Assembly: GCA_951406725.2 (NCBI GenBank)
Contig: OX597831.1
Location: forward strand, 20,398,001-20,462,000
Source: Octopus vulgaris
Taxonomy: Eukaryota
DNA length: 64,000 bases
Reading direction: 5' to 3'
Position numbers and translations under genes: made by a program. Under the pieces are notes generated by a model, which searched no databases, was not told the DNA's origin, and saw nothing but the letters and a program-made list of their open reading frames with translations. Positions 57,952 through 64,000 of the stretch are shown one piece after another; within the stretch, counting starts at the first letter, position 1; each line of letters begins with the position of its first letter.

Positions 57952-57957
<6 letters not shown>
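57363..57957 (+). mobile_element. Retrozyme-like / Penelope-type tandem element (364-nt monomer x1.6) in (TA)n
   Basis: 57727-57957 repeats 57363-57594 with a 1-nt indel; HHR at the junction. Confidence 0.85.
57691..57732 (+). ncRNA. Type I minimal hammerhead ribozyme, U3-A8 core
   Basis: Stem I GCTGCA/TGTAGC; core TTGAAAA; stem II GGGG-caata-CCCC; GAAA; palindromic ACGCGT; GUC cleavage after 57726. Confidence 0.85.
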
Positions 57958-57993
<36 letters not shown>

Positions 57994-58043
57994 TATATGT
58001 ATATGTCTCTCTCTTCCCCCCTCTCTCTCTCTCTCTCTCTCTC

Positions 58044-58082
<39 letters not shown>

Positions 58083-58679
58083 CGTATTCATATATATAAT
58101 ACGTATTCATATATAATACGTATATATCATATGTATATGTATGTAGATAGATAGATAGATAGATATGTTAGCTGAGAAAAGAACGAAAGCAAGCGCACTC
58201 AATGCCAGTGGTAGAGTTCAGTCAGTCAACCGAAACTAGTTAAAACTACCACGAGACTAACTGAATGAATCTATTTCCAGTCATCCGTCTTGATACTAAA
58301 GGTTGACTGAACATACAGACTTTCGGTAGGCCATGTTGAGTATGGCAGCAGTTTTAGCTAATCTGTTATTTTGGTTGATCAAATTGAATTTCATGCATCT
58401 ATGTATATATATGTGTAGGTATATGCTTGTCTCTGGCTATATATAGTACATACACATATATATAAATATATGTATATATATATATGTATATATATTTATA
58501 TATATATATAAATGCATATATATGTGTGTGCATACATATGTATGTATTTATGTATATATATGCATATAAGTTTATACACACATATATATGTACATATCCG
58601 TATACATATATATTTTGTGTATACGCTTATATATGTAGTTATATATACATATATATATATGCACTTGAATGTCTATATA

Positions 58680-58737
<58 letters not shown>

Positions 58738-59184
58738 AAATTTATATATGCATATGCGTACGTGAGTATGTATGGATAGATGCGTACACATTCCACACAA
58801 ACACATATAAATAGGAGTCGTGCGTGCGTGTGTTGTCTTTGAGGGGGCGTGAATGTTGTATGCTTGTATCTGTCTATGACTGCGTATATGAGTGCATACA
58901 AACTCTAATCCCATAGACTTGTGTGTGTGTGTGTGTGTATGTGTGCATGTGCGCTGTTCAGCCGCATTTGAATAGATAATTACATTTTTTTATCTTAATT
59001 TAAACCAGCTCCAACAATTAAGTATGTCTTCGAGAATAAATTAGGATGTTAGCCGAGCGTTTTACCGTGTATATTCATACTTTACACACAGGTATACTAA
59101 AGACTCAAATGCATGAATGTGTATAAACAGATACTCACACACCACACAATTGTACACACACATACCAACACACACACATATATA

Positions 59185-59242
<58 letters not shown>

Positions 59243-59350
59243 ATACATATATATATTTTATTAAATTAAACATTTGTATGACTTACCAATTTACATTCAA
59301 GTTATATATGTGTATACGGCTATTTATTGAGTAGGTGTTTAAATGCCGAG

Positions 59351-59381
<31 letters not shown>

Positions 59382-59811
59382 GTAGACACACACGCGTGTA
59401 GAGATAATAAGCACATATCCTTCAGTTTACAGACGCCCACACACACGTACACACTTACACAAAGTACAGACATATTTATGAAATGTGTGTGTGTGTGTGT
59501 GTGTGTGTGTTTGTGTGTGTGTGTGCTTGTGTGTGTGCGTGTGTGTGTGTGTTTGTGTGTGTTCGTGCGTGTATTCATAAATCAATTTAAACGCTAAAGT
59601 TATTTCTGAAAATTTTGTTGTGAAAAATATCCTATGATGCAGTAATGAAGATCACGTCACGGAAATTGCGATATCATAATTTGTTAACCTAATAATCAGA
59701 ATGCGGAATTTATTTTCTCATTTATCAACAATGCATTACGGAAGAATAATAAACCAATCTGAACACGTTTGGCGCATTTTGAAAAGGAAAAAAAAAAAAA
59801 AATCAAATAAA

Positions 59812-60226
59812 GGCGCAGGAGTGGCTGTGTGGTAAGTAGCTTGCTAACCAGCCACATGGTTCCGGGTTCAGTCCCACTGCGTGGCATCTTGGGCAAGTGT
59901 CTTCTGCTATAGCCCCGGGCCGACCAATGCCTTGTGAGTGGATTTGGTAGACGGAAACTGAAAGAAGCCTGTCGTATATATGCATATATATATGAGTGTG
60001 TGTGTGTATATGTTTGTGTGTCTGTGTTTGTCCCCCTAGCATTGCTTGACAACCGATGCTGGTGTGTGTTTACGTCCCCGTCACTTAGCGGTTCGGCAAA
60101 AGAGACCGATAGAATAAGTACTGGGCTTACAAAGAATAAGTCCCGGGGTCGATTTGCTCGACTAAATGTGGTGCTCCAGCATGGCCGCAGTCAAATGACT
60201 GAAACAAGTTAAAGAGTAAAGAGTAA
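59812..60226 (+). mobile_element. SINE family A, full length, young
   Basis: Near-identical to 61948-62360 (inverted). Confidence 0.92.
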
Positions 60227-60283
60227 ATATGCTACGTGTACACACATACACGCACACATGCACAACAGACATAAATATAAATA

Positions 60284-60698
60284 TATTTCTTTATTGCCCT
60301 CAAGGAGCTAAACAGAGGGGACGAACAAGAACATACAAACGGATTAAGTCGATTATATCGACCCCAGTACGTAACTGGTACTTATTTAATCGACCCCGAG
60401 AGGATGAAAGGCAAAGTCGACCTCGGCGGAATTTGAACTCAGAACCTAACGACAGACGAAATACCTATTTCGTTACTACCCATAAGGGGCTAAACACAGA
60501 GAGGACAAACAAGGACAGACAAAGGGATTAAATCGATTATATCGACCCCAGTGCCTAACTGGTACTTAATTTATCAACCCCGAAAGGATGAAAGGCAAAG
60601 TGGACCTCGGCGGAATTTGAACTCAGAACGTAACGACAGACGAAATACCGCTAAGCATTTCGCCCGGCGCGCTAACATTTCTGCCAGCTCGCCGCCTT
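60284..60698 (-). mobile_element. SINE family B with tandemly duplicated body
   Basis: Two consecutive bodies; junction GAAATACCTATTTC. Confidence 0.88.
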
Positions 60699-61904
60699 GT
60701 AGACATAAATATATAACTACATACACGAACGTACACGAACGCATACACTTACACACTCGCATATTTATATATTCATGAATATATACAATATGTATATATA
60801 TATACTTTTATTTATGAATAACAACCATTTGAAGCTGTTGAATTGGTTCCACTGTATATGATTTACTTTCAAAATCATTCGATACGGGCTCTAAATTATT
60901 CGACACGGCCTGGAGTTGTTCTTTTTAATTTTGTATTCGAAAGCTAATTTTACTGTTTCCTTCCTCCGATAATGCTCAACCAATGTTTTTTTTTATGTTC
61001 GTAATTCCGGTGATCAAATTAAATTTTCTCCTTTTTTCTCACTGGTAAATCTAATCTCTACATAAAATACGCTGTGTTTCATCAATACAGATGTTTGATA
61101 CGCTATATATAATTGTATTTACACTTATTCCCCTATTCTACTTCATGTGGTGTTCTATTCTATATTCCATTCTTCTCCTTTATATTCAGCATACTGAGAG
61201 GTACCATGTCGTTAACGTCTTTTGTCATTTGCCTCCATGTATTTTTGATTTAAGCAGAGCAAAATACAGAAATAATATGAAATCGAATATGAAAAATTCA
61301 TAAGGCCAGGGTTTGTTGATGCCTCCTCATATCTATACAAGATGAAAAGTCTTTCAGGAACCTTTGCAGTGAATGCGAATAATAATGCTTATTATTTACA
61401 TTTGAAGCTTTTGCACGGAATGTGTCTCAAATATGTTGTAAAGCCGCAGGTTTTGCATTAGCTAGACCTGTTGTCCCTTGAAAACCTTTATAATATGGAT
61501 GTAACTTGTTTATAAGATCATGTACTTATGTGTAAATGTGAATATAATTTGGCTGTATTGAATACATACACATGTGCGACATTTATAAAATTTGGCAGAA
61601 CATTTCTTGTAGAAAATATCATAATGTAGAATAACGAATTAATCACTGACAACAACATGTTGTACATATTACAGGAAATCAAACCAGCATATTTGAGGAG
61701 CGATTAATATAATTATATTATTTTCCGGTTATTTTGACATTGTTGTTTACATTCTCATACATCAATTAGCAATTTTTATCACGTAATTTTTCAAGAATAC
61801 CTTCAATTGGAAAAATCACATAATTCATACTACAAACCAAAATGTTGCAATTATCATAAAGCTTAGTAAAACATCTGCCGTCGTTACTGACGGCTCGGAT
61901 ACTC

Positions 61905-61935
<31 letters not shown>

Positions 61936-61947
61936 TATGTATATATC

Positions 61948-62360
61948 TCTTTCTCTTTTCTCTTTTACTTGTTTCAGTCATTTGACTGCGGCTATGCTGG
62001 AGCACCACATTTAGTCGAGCAAATCGACCCCGGGACTTATTCTTTGTAAGCCCAGTACTTATTCTATCGGTCTCTTTTGCCGAACCGCTAAGTGACGGGG
62101 ACGTAAACACACCAGCATCGGTTGTCAAGCAATGCTAGAGGGACAAACACAGACACGCAAACATATACACACACACTTATATATATATACATATATACGA
62201 CAGGCTTCTTTCAGTTTCCGTCTACCAAATCCACTCACAAGGCATTGGTCGGCCCGGGGCTATAGCAGAAGACACTTGCCCAAGATGCCACGCAGTGGGA
62301 CTGAACCCGGAACCATGTGGTTGGTTAGCAATCTACTTACCACACAGCCACTCCTGCGCC
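61948..62360 (-). mobile_element. SINE family A, full length, young
   Basis: Reverse match. Confidence 0.92.
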
Positions 62361-62393
62361 TATATATAAATATATCTGTATATATGTATATAC

Positions 62394-62546
<153 letters not shown>

Positions 62547-62934
62547 ATTTGCCAACATAATATGGCTGTCCTGGATGGGACGATTGTTGCTGTTGTTTAT
62601 CCCCAGGAAGCATCGTTTCCAGCTGGCTATACAACACAATATCTGTGTCCTTATATTTTCGAATAGGGAGCCCAGCACCCCCATCCAGCACAAAGCAACA
62701 TCTGCGGACCAGTTTCTGGGTTATTGCACCTTATCAGCACAGAGTAGCTGCTTGGCTAGGTGGTGTTGCTGAATTCCCATCCGAAAATATATAATTTTCA
62801 AAGTGATATTTTTCAAGCACAGTATTGTCCTAACCAAATGTTAACCACCCTGGTGTTACTTGGTCGGCATTTAACAAGGTGTTGAATTGCGCAGCTATTC
62901 GTGCATGACATTCACCAAATGATCCAGTAGCCTT

Positions 62935-63330
62935 GGACTCTATCTGGTCCCGAGCCCTTCTATTTGCTCATTTTTTTACAACGAGGCGCTGTTTCAGTTC
63001 CTCCATTACCAGTTTCAGGCCCTTTCTTTCAATATTATACTTCCTTTTCAGTGCCCTGTATTTTTGTTCGCTTTTAAGCACCCTTTTCTCTTTCCGGTCT
63101 TTCGAGAGCATATCTAACTCTGCCTGGATTCTTCTTTTCCACCACGGATCTTTTCTTTTGTCACTCCCTTTATATTTCTTTTTTTTGAATCAACATCCAC
63201 GTTTTCTGCTACAACAGTACTTGCTGCATTGATCAAATTATTTGTTTTTGTGATGTTGTTTGTTCTGATGTATTTCAGAATTTCATTGACATTTTTCGTT
63301 TCTTGGTTCAATCTCCATCAATCAACCTTT
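62935..63330 (-). mobile_element. R4/Dong LINE N-terminal fragment
   Basis: NEILKYIRTNNITKTNNLINAASTVVAE...PWWKRRI (frameshifted). Confidence 0.7.
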
Positions 63331-63434
63331 TAAAGGTTGCAAATAATGTCGCTATCGTTCTCCTATAGTCTTGCCTTTATTCTGTCGTAGATTGCATTTG
63401 TTCATCTGACATATCGCTTTTAGTTTTATCTTCT

Positions 63435-63539
<105 letters not shown>

Positions 63540-63540
63540 C

Positions 63541-63578
<38 letters not shown>

Positions 63579-63589
63579 TCTTTTTTTTC

Positions 63590-63800
63590 TTTTACTTGTT
63601 TCAGTCATTTTCATTGTGGCCATACTGGAGCACCGCCTTGAAGGGTTTTTAGTTGAACAAATCGACCCCAGGACTTATTGTTTTAAAGTCTAGTACTTGT
63701 TCCATCGTTCTCTTTTGCTGAATCGCTAAGTTACGAGGACGTGAACACACCAACACTGGTTGTCAAGCAATTATGGGTGGACAGACGCAAATACAAAGAC
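63590..63800 (-). mobile_element. SINE family A 3' half
   Basis: Reverse match. Confidence 0.8.
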
Positions 63801-64000
63801 ACACACACACACACGCACACACACACACACACGCACACACACACACACACACGCACACACACACACACACACGCACACACACACACAGAGACAGAGTGAT
63901 TACAAAATCTTTCCCTGATAATAAACTTTTATTGAACAAAAACTTTTCAAGACACAAAAGCAGTGTTTGGTGTTCTTATAGCGTCTGCTTAGAAGTTTTT

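Overview
Repeat-dominated animal intergenic or intronic DNA. The extreme (TA)n/(CA)n/(ATCT)n/(AAT)n microsatellite load and the SINE families suggest an octopus genome; this is my inference, not a search result. No intact protein-coding gene is supportable. Almost all ORFs in the track are microsatellite artefacts or decayed transposon fragments. Content includes several tRNA-derived SINE families (about 30 copies), R4/Dong and RTE LINE fragments, an (AAT)n-targeting non-autonomous retroelement, decayed Tc1/mariner, hAT and probable Chapaev3 transposases, MITEs and a 26-bp minisatellite. The most notable signal is a population of hammerhead-ribozyme (HHR) elements, mostly next to (TA)n tracts. 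The best case is 57363-57957, a 364-nt highly structured monomer in 1.6 tandem copies. It starts exactly at the predicted cleavage site of a minimal HHR with a U3-A8 core, which is the architecture of a non-LTR retrozyme or Penelope-type repeat. About ten further intact or degenerate HHR-like motifs, several fold-back palindromes and several hairpin-dense islands occur across the window. All coordinates and pairings were read by eye.
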